Below are positions 21,307 to 30,363 of a stretch of DNA of 64,000 bases, one piece after another (position 1 is the stretch's first letter; every line of letters begins with the position of its first letter). A program made the translations under genes and the position numbers. This DNA is from a virus (taxonomy: Duplodnaviria > Caudoviricetes). The notes beneath the pieces are model-generated. The model did not search any database. It was not told where the DNA came from and saw only the letters and a program-made list of their open reading frames with translations. The stretch lies in the IMG/VR virus record IMGVR_UViG_2974601178_000001, positions 32,001 through 96,000 of that record. One strand, 5' to 3'.

Positions 21307-21330
21307 GCCCTCTTTATTGAGGGCTTTTTT
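21307..21330 (+). terminator. Terminator at convergence of + and - blocks
   Basis: GCCCTC-TTTATT-GAGGGC-TTTTTT. Confidence 0.8.
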
Positions 21331-21348
21331 CTTTGTAGAAGGGTTTTG

Positions 21349-21909
21349 TTAGAAACAATAGGGTGGGATGTAAAGGGACTCGTCTTCGTTGATGTTATCT
21401 TCTTTGGTGAAATCGTAACCTCTTCCCACCAAATCTTTGCCTTCTAAACGGTAATGGTCTCCACACCATTTAAGAGGTAGTTGCGTAGGGAAAGTTAAAT
21501 GAGATAAACCTTCATAATTAGGTGAACGTTTAACCCACACAAGCGGATTATCTCCTTCTTCAACCAAGTAACTTTCTTGCTCTTCTCCTTCCCTTTCATA
21601 TTCCCACTTAATCTGTAAGTCCTCTACTGCAGCAAGGTATAATTCTTCTGTAATCCTAGGCTTCACAACATTACAAGGCGGATTTTCTGAATGTATAAGT
21701 TGAGCTTCTCTTAACTTAGCTCTGTTCTCTGAAATACCCGAAACAAATTTATGACCAAAAAGTTCAACACCTTCAAAGAATTTAGCGTTTAGTAAAGAAC
21801 TAGAACTACATCCTGTTAGATGAGTATCCATCCTTGACCCTTTACCCTTTCCTACATAAAGCAGTTTTTCATCTGAGAATATACCATATACATAATACTC
21901 ATTATTCAT
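21349..21909 (-). CDS. GIY-YIG family nuclease
   Basis: YVYG...YVGKG..xR..H...E..LI....PxCN. Confidence 0.7.
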   Translation of the reverse strand: MNNEYYVYGIFSDEKLLYVGKGKGSRMDTHLTGCSSSSLLNAKFFEGVELFGHKFVSGISENRAKLREAQLIHSENPPCNVVKPRITEELYLAAVEDLQIKWEYEREGEEQESYLVEEGDNPLVWVKRSPNYEGLSHLTFPTQLPLKWCGDHYRLEGKDLVGRGYDFTKEDNINEDESLYIPPYCF

Positions 21910-21910
21910 T

Positions 21911-22237
21911 TTATTCTCCTTGTTGACATTTCTTAGCTGCTAGATAAACCCCTTGACGAGTTATATCAATACCTAATTCCTCTTTTATCATATCCACTGC
22001 ACCAACAGCTCCATATTTATCACGGTAATACTTAGCTACACTGGGTTCAATCTTCCTACTTTTGCTAAACTTCTTACGAAAAGCATTTATCCATTCCAAC
22101 AAACTATCGTACCTACCTTCTAAATTATTATCCTTGAACCAGCAGTATTTAATACCTACTTCTGTTAGGCTGTAGTCCATAGCTAAACAATACTTTTCTA
22201 AATCTTCATAACTTGTTGCATCTGTTATCTTCTTCAT
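21911..22237 (-). CDS. Putative DNA-binding protein (C-terminal HTH-like)
   Basis: IKEELGIDITRQGVY. Confidence 0.55.
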   Translation of the reverse strand: MKKITDATSYEDLEKYCLAMDYSLTEVGIKYCWFKDNNLEGRYDSLLEWINAFRKKFSKSRKIEPSVAKYYRDKYGAVGAVDMIKEELGIDITRQGVYLAAKKCQQGE

Positions 22238-22238
22238 G

Positions 22239-23819
22239 TTACCCTCTTTTACTTATAATATTATTTATTTTGGTGTTACATTCTTCTTCGGTAGGTTCTC
22301 TGCCCTTTGTTTTCCTAAAGTAACTCTTGAAATTCCTGAATTTAGCAGACTCCTTTTTATCAAGGTTAAACTTCTTAGCAAGAATATCTTTATTCAACCC
22401 ACCGTTGTTTTCTCTGTTGTCAGGGATGTACAGTGCAAGGGAGTTATCTATCACACAATTAGGGATGTAATTATCTTTTATGTAATGGGCAACATCAATG
22501 TCAGGCACAATAAATTCAATCTTCTCATTAGGTAAATCAAACCTACGTAAGGCACTTCGAGTACAAACTTGGTAACTGGCATCCTTATATTTCATATCTA
22601 TATACTTACCTTCGATATCAGGGAAATCATATAACACTTTCAGATAAGCTAATAAAGACTTATGCAAAGGAGAGGGTTTGTAACAAAACAAGCTTAACAC
22701 TTTCGTATAATGTGAATACCCATTCAGACCATGACACCCATAAGGGATGCACGTACCATAAGGAACACCTTCAAACATCACATCTTTGTACACTTTGGTC
22801 TTAGGAATATAGTTAACCGTGTAAAGGAAATCTTCTCCTAGCTTATCACAAGCCCTGTTCACATACTCTTGGTAGACATTAACAAACCCTTCATCAAGGT
22901 CATCCATACCATTAGGTAAGTGTCTATACTCTCTGTAAGAAAGCTTCTTTCCTGTCTTAAGATTAAATGCAGCATTGAGTAGACTACTTGTACACCCTGA
23001 ATCCACATTCTCGTCTGTTAGGTAGTATATGGTAACCCTTTCTTGATTTAAGTATTCAGACCTGATAGGCTTAACATCATTGAACACTTCAAAAGAAATA
23101 CCTTGTCTTTCCAGTAGACCAGATGTTAAAGTGTTATTTATCTTAGCACCAAGGAAAACAACTCTGTTAGAAGTTTCTATAAAATATCTGTAATCTAGAA
23201 CACTATAAGTTTGGTACACAACATAATCAGACATTTCCTGTCTTAATACAGTGTTAGTTTCTTTTAGTGCTTTAGCAAAATAAGTTATCTTCTTAGAACC
23301 GTTCCTTTCACCATCTTTCTTTAGGTTTTCTAAAGCGGTCTTACTCTTATCTAAAGTGAACACATTGTCATAGTCATCAGACTTAACTAACCTACTTTTA
23401 ATAAAATCACTTTCATTACTAAGAGAGATATCATGCATATTAAATACAGAAGGCAGTTCATCCACCACAACATTAAAACCTTCAAAGATGTGTGTCTCGC
23501 ATTTAGTAATAATATTCTCTAGATTGGCATGAGTGATGAGGTAAATATCGGAAGTGTTCTCTTTTAAGAGTTCTATAGTATTAACCATAACACCCTTGAA
23601 GTAGTCATCAGTTATAATACAAAAGTCCACACTGTCATCTATACTTTCTATAACTTGAGCTGTCTCATTAATCAACTCTTTACTTGGTGCAACATAAACC
23701 CACTTATTACCTTGTGGTATTTGTTCTTCTACAATCCATTTTATTGTTGAGTATGTCTTGCCCATTCCAGCGGATAATTCTAGGTACTCTATAACTCTAC
23801 TGTTGTCTCTTCTTGTCAT
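22239..23819 (-). CDS. SF2 helicase-like / origin-binding (Rep-like) protein
   Basis: AGMGKT, YVAPS, ITH, VVDELP, HGLNxY, QxxxRxxLR. Confidence 0.7.
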   Translation of the reverse strand: MTRRDNSRVIEYLELSAGMGKTYSTIKWIVEEQIPQGNKWVYVAPSKELINETAQVIESIDDSVDFCIITDDYFKGVMVNTIELLKENTSDIYLITHANLENIITKCETHIFEGFNVVVDELPSVFNMHDISLSNESDFIKSRLVKSDDYDNVFTLDKSKTALENLKKDGERNGSKKITYFAKALKETNTVLRQEMSDYVVYQTYSVLDYRYFIETSNRVVFLGAKINNTLTSGLLERQGISFEVFNDVKPIRSEYLNQERVTIYYLTDENVDSGCTSSLLNAAFNLKTGKKLSYREYRHLPNGMDDLDEGFVNVYQEYVNRACDKLGEDFLYTVNYIPKTKVYKDVMFEGVPYGTCIPYGCHGLNGYSHYTKVLSLFCYKPSPLHKSLLAYLKVLYDFPDIEGKYIDMKYKDASYQVCTRSALRRFDLPNEKIEFIVPDIDVAHYIKDNYIPNCVIDNSLALYIPDNRENNGGLNKDILAKKFNLDKKESAKFRNFKSYFRKTKGREPTEEECNTKINNIISKRG

Positions 23820-23976
23820 TCAATAGCTCCAATAGCTCTTTATCATTGTGTTTCAAAAACTGTTCTAATATTAGTTCTACAGTTTCCCCTAAATTGTAAT
23901 AGTGTTCCCTCTCCTTTATCAAAGATAAAATATCTGCATGAGAAGGGTTGATGTAAATACGTTGTCTTTTACTCAA
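23797..23976 (-). CDS. Small ribbon-helix-helix-like regulator (59 aa, below ORF-track cutoff)
   Basis: TTG start after AAGGAG; MSKRQRIYINPSHADILSLIKEREHYYNLGETVELILEQFL...; overlaps helicase start. Confidence 0.55.
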   Translation of the reverse strand: MSKRQRIYINPSHADILSLIKEREHYYNLGETVELILEQFLKHNDKELLELLNDKKRQQ

Positions 23977-25511
23977 TGGTGCTCTCCTTTAATTTATCCA
24001 CCTTATACATATATTATACATGTAAACTAATGTTATGTCAAGTGATGTTATAACGTATCAAAATATGTCGCAGCTTATACTTGTTAAAAGAGTCACTTTC
24101 TAAAAAGCCAATCCATTTTCATACACCAATCCTTGTAGAACTTTTCTCCCCTTTTGATAATATTTTACCTTTGTATTAAATTAACCATTTCTATAATTTC
24201 CATTCTACCAAAATATCCCTTATACAATCGGTGTATAAATTTCCAAAATACACTAACCTCCTTCAAAATAATACCATTCCAAAAGGAGCACTTCAATCAA
24301 AATATCCCACTTTAAAATATCATTATGGAATAAGGGTGTAACCTTTTGTTATAAGGTGTGTTGGGGATAGGGTGTTTTTGTTGAATGGGTAATTTTATAA
24401 AAAATTTTAAATCTACTTCTCGAAATGGGGGTGTACCTTTGGTATATATCTGTGGGAAAATATTTAACTACTTGATATAAAAGGGGTTATAGGTTGGAAA
24501 AGGTTATTTTGGGAAATATTAGAACTACTTCCGTTACTTGTTTAACGCTTCACCTCATACTAAAGTACCACTTCTGAGAATATCAAAATAATTTCCCAAT
24601 AGTCCACTTCCCACAATAATAACATCTTATTAACAAGTGATACCCTTATAACAAAACCTTTCAATAAATGGATTCCTTATTCCAAAAGGTAATTCAACAT
24701 AATATATCTTATAGGAAGTCATTACAATTGTTACAATATAACACTTCCCAAAGTATTATCCCCTTTTGTTTTATAATACCAATTACTACAATAAAACAAA
24801 GATTAACCCACTTTATGCAATTATTACATTGTGTTAAAAGTATTAACATTTAATCAATATTTATTCAATTAGTGTGGGAAGTGGGATAATTTTTGTAAAG
24901 TGGGGTAACTTGTGTTACTTTGTAACAAAGGGATGAGGTAGTGGGGTAGTTTGTGGCATTGCGTTTTTAAGGGGTTAAAAACCTCAACCCCAAAATCAAC
25001 CCCCCTTTCCCTCACATCCACCTATAACCTAATCAACTAACATTTGTTTACACGTAAACAAGAATAATCACCATTTGACACAACGTGTCGAAGTATCCCC
25101 TATATTGTTACTATGTAACAAAATCAAGCCCTATAAGCTTTTCAAGCTAATTGATAATCCTTATCATTACATAAAAACACCTTGATCAATGTAATAAAGG
25201 ATCACCCTTTTGATATAACATAACATATCAATTTTTATTATGTATCTATCTTAATATATAACTAATGCTTATAAGCTATCATTAATTATTGTTACATTAT
25301 TACATATTCTTATAATCAATATAGTGTATGTTTACTATAACTAGTTGTTATAATTATAAATCCTTGTAAATTGTTATATTATCACACTAAATTTTGTTGT
25401 TTAAGAGTGGCACAATCTTTGCTAATAGATACCCTTTTGTTGTATAGCAGATTAATACAACAAAGTAAACCCTTTAGCATAAATAAAAGCCTAATTAAAA
25501 TCTACTCACAA

Positions 25512-25838
25512 TATGAATATTTATTCAAAAATGGTGCATATTAGCTAAAACCCTCTTTGTTGATAACAATTATCATTTATTCATGATATTGCATAAATAA
25601 GCACATATTTGCATAAAAGTGGTGTATGCATACAACGTGCCATCTTGGTTTGTGTGGTTATTTGCTCCTGTGAGCCATTCTGAGAAGGGTTTATTTTAGC
25701 TAAACAAGTGTACTGGGTAGCATTGCATATGCTCACAGGGGTGATTCTGTTGATACAAGCTGGAGGCCTTTATTTATAAGGGATTCCGAGGGTGCAAGGT
25801 ATTTTTAGGTGAAATGGTGTTATGCATAAAAGTGCATA
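25512..25838. promoter_or_regulatory. ARG-box-like sites
   Basis: 25514 TGAATATTTATTCA; 25590 TGCATAAATAAGCA; 25823 TGCATAAAAGTGCA. Confidence 0.55.
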
Positions 25839-25874
25839 GGATTTTGGCACGTGGTGGGGTAAATTTTAGGCAAT

Positions 25875-25905
25875 AAAAAGCCACCTTTTACAGTGGCTTT
25901 ATTTT
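25875..25905 (-). terminator. Terminator ending the minus-strand early block
   Basis: AAAAAGCCAC-N8-GTGGCTTT. Confidence 0.7.
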
Positions 25906-25936
25906 AAATCTGTTAACATTTTCGCTCAGGTAGTTT

Positions 25937-26302
25937 TTAAGCTAATTTTTCAATATCCCAGTTATCTTCCTCATAACTCGCATCTCTAGAAACAACTAAC
26001 GATTGACCACCCATTTTAACAACCCCGTACAAGTTGCCATCTTTTTCAACAATGTTTTTAACTGTTCGTTTTATCATATGTGTGTAATTATCCACCTGTG
26101 GGAAAGAGTTAGTACTGATATTAAATTTAACCATTTCAGACCATGTTAAGCTAACCTCTTGATTTTTCATGTTAGTTGTTTTTACTTCAGTGTTATTAAT
26201 TTTACCGTGTTTATCTTCAAAAGCTTTTTTATTTGCTTCAAATTCTGCATTCATTTTAGCAATGTTTAATAGTGAATTGTGAGCTTGTGATAATAAATCC
26301 AT
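25937..26302 (-). CDS. Hypothetical early protein
   Basis: Likely start ATG 26302 (MDLLSQ...) after GGAG; Fur box just upstream. Confidence 0.65.
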   Translation of the reverse strand: MDLLSQAHNSLLNIAKMNAEFEANKKAFEDKHGKINNTEVKTTNMKNQEVSLTWSEMVKFNISTNSFPQVDNYTHMIKRTVKNIVEKDGNLYGVVKMGGQSLVVSRDASYEEDNWDIEKLA

Positions 26303-27043
26303 GATATTCTCCAATTGATAATGATTCTCATTTAGAAGGTGCTTTTTGCCTTTTCCTTCCCACCCCTTAATAATAGCAAACCTGTAGAATAACACAACCC
26401 CTTTTAAGCAAATAAATCACACTTTTATCAAATTAATTCCAATTGATAACTATTATCATTACCTCCCACCAATACACAATTTTTATAAGGTGTCAACTTT
26501 TTGAAAAAGGATTAGATTTGCTAAAACGTCCTGTATGCAATTCTAAGAGGTGTTAACCTACAACCCTACCACTAGTATTAAAACATTTACTTTTTAGCAT
26601 ACAGCGATTTTATAAAAAGATGGCATTCTAATTGCATACAAAAATTTATGATATTCTGGCATACTATTTGCTACGTGTGCAACACTTTTGTAAATGGTAA
26701 CTGTTATCAAATGATAATAGTTCTCATCAACACATAAAAACATTATAACCAAAATCAAATCCTTTATAACAAAACGTTATATGTGAAAAATGGCTTTTGT
26801 GGTAGTGTTTACCCCCAGTTGAAAAGGTTACTTAGTTAAACAAGAATTACTCGCATTTGATAATAATTCTTATTTATAAAGATTTTTAACTATTTGATCA
26901 ATGTGCCTAGTTCCCTCTATAAGCCCCGCTAAGCTCCTCAAATTAATATTAATACAATCGTATAACATTGTTATCAAAAACGCTTCCAGTTCCTTTACAA
27001 TGAATATAACAGCCAGTTCAAACAAGTTTTAATAGTGTTAAAA

Positions 27044-27253
27044 TTATCTTTTAAAAGTGGTACAACTACGAGTATTTAATTCGCCTTTAAGTTTTACCCA
27101 CTTCGACCCACTTTCACACATAACTTTAGCCATTGCCATTCTATCAGATTCTATCTTTTTGCTAGCTTCAGATAATCCACTACCTATAAAAACCAATACG
27201 ATAATAGAAAGAGTAGTAATTGATAAAGTTGTGATTAAAGTTAAAGTTTTCAT
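27044..27253 (-). CDS. Small membrane-anchored protein
   Basis: N-terminal hydrophobic helix. Confidence 0.6.
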   Translation of the reverse strand: MKTLTLITTLSITTLSIIVLVFIGSGLSEASKKIESDRMAMAKVMCESGSKWVKLKGELNTRSCTTFKR

Positions 27254-27581
27254 AATAATAACGCCTTTAAATTAAAAGCCCTTGCACCATTGCCCGAGCC
27301 GATAAATAGATAGTAAACTAGCTAAATTTTAATAACAACCCTTTTGAGCAAATTAAATCAAACTTTTTAAAAAATCCAACTCAAGCGCACAACCCGCAGC
27401 CAATCCAACACAACAACCACCACCAAAGCACACGGCACCATTAACCACATTGCACTTTTAACAAAGTTTAGCCCTTTGTGTTTAAATGTTTTCTTTTTTA
27501 TGTAATCTTTAGTACGTTTTGAATAAAATTCATTGTTTGTCATTGTCTTGGCCTATTGTTAAAAATTATCTGTTATATATA

Positions 27582-27863
27582 TTAATTTTGTTTTAAAAGT
27601 TGTTTTATATCTTTGTTGTCCAGTTTTAAGACATCTTCGAAAATTGTTTTATCATTGCCATAATAAGTATGATCTTTAAAAATTATAGAAGACTCTGAAT
27701 AATTTAAATCAGTTTCGACTTCTATAACTTCTAGTTTTAAATCATAATTTAGTTTATGATCTTTCAATATATTATCAAAGTAGTTATAAAGCGCTTTTTC
27801 TACTTGTTTAAAGGTAAACTTATAATCGTTTTCTAATGGTAGTTTATTTTGAGTTGGTAACAT
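27582..27863 (-). CDS. Hypothetical early protein
   Basis: 93 aa, SD AGG. Confidence 0.6.
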   Translation of the reverse strand: MLPTQNKLPLENDYKFTFKQVEKALYNYFDNILKDHKLNYDLKLEVIEVETDLNYSESSIIFKDHTYYGNDKTIFEDVLKLDNKDIKQLLKQN

Positions 27864-28010
27864 AGCAACACCTATTTATTAAAAATTATCTCTTAAGGAA
27901 TAACCCGTATATTACAGGCTATTAGTTTAAAAGTAAACTTTTATTTATGAGCTAAATACGATTACCCAAACGATCAACAACCCTTTTTTGCAAATTAATT
28001 TAATTATTTT

Positions 28011-28298
28011 TTAAACACTCTCTTCTATTGACACAAGCGCCCCATTTTTAAACACCACTTTATAAAAAATATTATTTATATATAAACTATGCTCCCCTTC
28101 TGCGTTCAATTTTAACAAACTTTTAAAAGCGCTCAAGACACATTTAGCTTGTGTTTTACCCATTGCACTGAGTGAACGTTCTAAACCTTGCAAACGTAGC
28201 TTAGTAAACGTATCGGCCTCATCTCGTTTTAATTGTGCTTTAGCTTGTGCAATTTGTTGATCTTGTTGACTAGGAAAAAATGCTTTGAATAAACTCAT
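28011..28298 (-). CDS. Hypothetical early protein
   Basis: 95 aa. Confidence 0.6.
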   Translation of the reverse strand: MSLFKAFFPSQQDQQIAQAKAQLKRDEADTFTKLRLQGLERSLSAMGKTQAKCVLSAFKSLLKLNAEGEHSLYINNIFYKVVFKNGALVSIEESV

Positions 28299-28507
28299 AT
28301 TTTGCGGCCTGTTATAACGATTTTAAAAATTGTTTAGCTTTGCGGGCATTCTTGCGTTCACGTTTTAAGGTGTCGTGATCCTGTTTAAGTTGATCATTTT
28401 TTGTTTGTGGCTTGCCTTTTTTGGTTCGTGTCGTTTTGATAAAGTTTGTCATTTTTGGATGCCTTTTTTAAAGTTGGGAGGTGGCGGGAGTGTCCCGCCG
28501 TTGTTGG

Positions 28508-28948
28508 TTATTGATTGTCGTCTTCGTCATAATCAAAGTCTGTTTGCTCAAGTATTTCGCTTATTTCTTCCTGAACATCGGCATACATTGCATAAAAAGC
28601 TAGTGCCTGATGTAAACCAGTTAGCCCATCTTTTTTAAGAATACTTGATAAACTATCACCACAAAATATGTTATCAATTGCATATTCTGAATTAGCAGAA
28701 TATTTAAGTATATCTAAGTGGTAATGGTAGTAAATTGCATACTGGCTACCGTCTATTGTTTCATGTAACAAACTATCATTTACCAATTCTTCGATCTCAT
28801 CCCTGTTAAAACTAATTTGATCGCAATCTAAAGCTTCATTAATTGCATAGATAACACTATCCGTTAATGATAACACCGCTTGATGGTAGTTAAAATCAGA
28901 GTTTAAGTTTTCAACGTTTTCGTAAGATACAGTAGTTAAGTTTTTCAT
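28508..28948 (-). CDS. Ocr-like (T7 gp0.3-type) acidic DNA-mimic anti-restriction protein
   Basis: Very acidic 146 aa; LHETIDG...IYY..LDIL and LQAxxxxxxxxDxxE plus D/E tail resemble Ocr; own strong promoter. Confidence 0.6.
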   Translation of the reverse strand: MKNLTTVSYENVENLNSDFNYHQAVLSLTDSVIYAINEALDCDQISFNRDEIEELVNDSLLHETIDGSQYAIYYHYHLDILKYSANSEYAIDNIFCGDSLSSILKKDGLTGLHQALAFYAMYADVQEEISEILEQTDFDYDEDDNQ

Positions 28949-29009
28949 AATAATACTCTCTTTTAAAATGTAAATTTTGCCTTAATTGGCGTTTTGTTTC
29001 AATAATGTA

Positions 29010-29038
29010 ATTCTAGGTTAATTGGTATTTGTTGTCAA
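29010..29038 (-). promoter_or_regulatory. Strong sigma70 early promoter
   Basis: TTGACA-17-TAGAAT on minus strand with AT-rich UP region. Confidence 0.75.
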
Positions 29039-29056
29039 TAAAAATTTTTAATTTAT

Positions 29057-29278
29057 TTAAATTAATTTTGCAGCAATAGCGCTAACTTCAGTAGCAACCC
29101 CATTCACAACGTCAAAGCGCTTTTTATTAAGTGGCTTAACACTTGGCATAGTAGCCGCCCATTTTTCGCCTGTAGCCTTGCTGCGCTCGTTAGATTCAAT
29201 TTTAACAAGCTGATCCGCCTTAACTGATTTGATGAAATTGCGTAAAGCTGTACGTGTTGGGAAGGTGAAAGTTTTCAT
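29057..29278 (-). CDS. Hypothetical basic early protein
   Basis: 73 aa, SD AGGA. Confidence 0.6.
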   Translation of the reverse strand: MKTFTFPTRTALRNFIKSVKADQLVKIESNERSKATGEKWAATMPSVKPLNKKRFDVVNGVATEVSAIAAKLI

Positions 29279-29368
29279 GATTTGATCCTAGTTTGTTTTT
29301 ACTGGTCAACGGTATTGCTAACCAGTAATTTAATATTAATTGATAACGTTTAATATTGCAAGTAGTTT

Positions 29369-29746
29369 TTAAAAGTTTTCTGCAATTTGTTTTAAATAAA
29401 AATAACACTGATCAGCGTGATCTGATTCACTGCCACCGATTAAACTGATCGCGGTGTTAATAGCTACCTTTTGATCCTGTGTTAATTCTACCGTTGTAAG
29501 TTTTGGCACAATTGGTAATAAATCGGACTCTTTAAAATCAAAACCAGATTCTTTTAATATATAATTATAAGCATTGTTTAAAATCGCTTGCTTACTATCA
29601 AAAGGTAAACCGACTTGATCACCGTTAACCATCGCACCATGTTTGACATAGAATCGCCATAGTTTACCCCAGCGTACCGCACTGATATAAGTATCTTCAT
29701 TATTTTTAGCTAGTGTGATTGATTGATCAAAATCTGATAATTTCAT
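29369..29746 (-). CDS. Hypothetical early protein
   Basis: 125 aa; upstream TTGACA-17-TACAAT promoter at 29791-29819. Confidence 0.7.
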   Translation of the reverse strand: MKLSDFDQSITLAKNNEDTYISAVRWGKLWRFYVKHGAMVNGDQVGLPFDSKQAILNNAYNYILKESGFDFKESDLLPIVPKLTTVELTQDQKVAINTAISLIGGSESDHADQCYFYLKQIAENF

Positions 29747-29833
29747 AGTTTAAAACCTTTTTAATAATGTGATTGTTTGATTGAGTGTTAATTGTAACGG
29801 TTGGCGTTGGTGGTGTCAACCGCTTTTTATGGT

Positions 29834-30070
29834 TTATTTTACTAAGTGGTAAATTAGGTCTTCTATATCTATTATGGTAAAATCTTCACTAGGGAAAAGT
29901 CTACAAGCTATATTAAAAACATCTCTTGTGTTTTTGTTCCCTTTTATCAACTCATTTTTAACCAAATTAATAATACCAGTGTTTAATCCATAAGTTTTGC
30001 AAATATTGCCTTTCATAATCTTAAACCTTAATTTTAAGCCTTGGCGGTATTGCCTAGCCGATAAATACAT
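29834..30070 (-). CDS. Hypothetical early protein
   Basis: ORF track; start uncertain. Confidence 0.5.
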   Translation of the reverse strand: MYLSARQYRQGLKLRFKIMKGNICKTYGLNTGIINLVKNELIKGNKNTRDVFNIACRLFPSEDFTIIDIEDLIYHLVK

Positions 30071-30106
30071 AATAGCACAATGTTTTTAATTTGTGCAAGT
30101 GTTTTA

Positions 30107-30349
30107 TTAAATTAACTGAGAATTAATGATCTTTGATCTTTCCTTTTCATAGATGACAACGCTTGAAAAATCATTTTTCATAGTGCCTGTGTGGTTTAAT
30201 CTATCCAGTTTACTAAGTGCTAACCATCCACTAACATAAGAATTTAAACGGTCTTTTAAAAGTTGACAATCTTTGTTTAAACTAACTTGATCTTTTAATT
30301 TGTCGATCTCTTTTTGGTAATGATCTTTTAACATCTGCAAATTATCCAT
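30107..30349 (-). CDS. Hypothetical early protein
   Basis: 80 aa, SD AAGGA. Confidence 0.6.
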   Translation of the reverse strand: MDNLQMLKDHYQKEIDKLKDQVSLNKDCQLLKDRLNSYVSGWLALSKLDRLNHTGTMKNDFSSVVIYEKERSKIINSQLI

Positions 30350-30363
30350 TTTTAAGTCCTTAT

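Larger units (their letters stand above)
24000..25930. other. ~1.9 kb non-coding region rich in palindromes and host protein binding sites
   Basis: No credible ORF; alternating C-rich and G-rich tracts; see findings. Confidence 0.8.
25408..26672. promoter_or_regulatory. Four sigma54 (-24/-12) consensus sites
   Basis: 25408 TGGCAC-AATCT-TTGCT (+); 25627-25642 TGGCAC-GTTGT-ATGCA (-); 26621 TGGCAT-TCTAA-TTGCA; 26657 TGGCAT-ACTAT-TTGCT. Confidence 0.7.
25152..26872. promoter_or_regulatory. Cluster of Fur-box-like sites (7-1-7 TGATAAT-N-ATTATCA)
   Basis: 25152 TGATAATcCTTATCA; 25561 TGATAACaATTATCA; 26316 TGATAATgATTCTCA; 26444 TGATAACtATTATCA; 26695 TGGTAACtGTTATCA; 26712 TGATAATaGTTCTCA; 26858 TGATAATaATTCTTA. 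Confidence 0.75.

Noticed and set aside
24668-24853. 61-aa ORF in the non-coding block, and the many short antisense ORFs inside larger genes
   Set aside because: No SD, biased composition, or fully overlapped by well-supported genes on the opposite strand
25044-25061. parS site
   Set aside because: TGTTTACACGTAAACA needs an indel to fit TGTTTCACGTGAAACA; left as an unassigned palindrome
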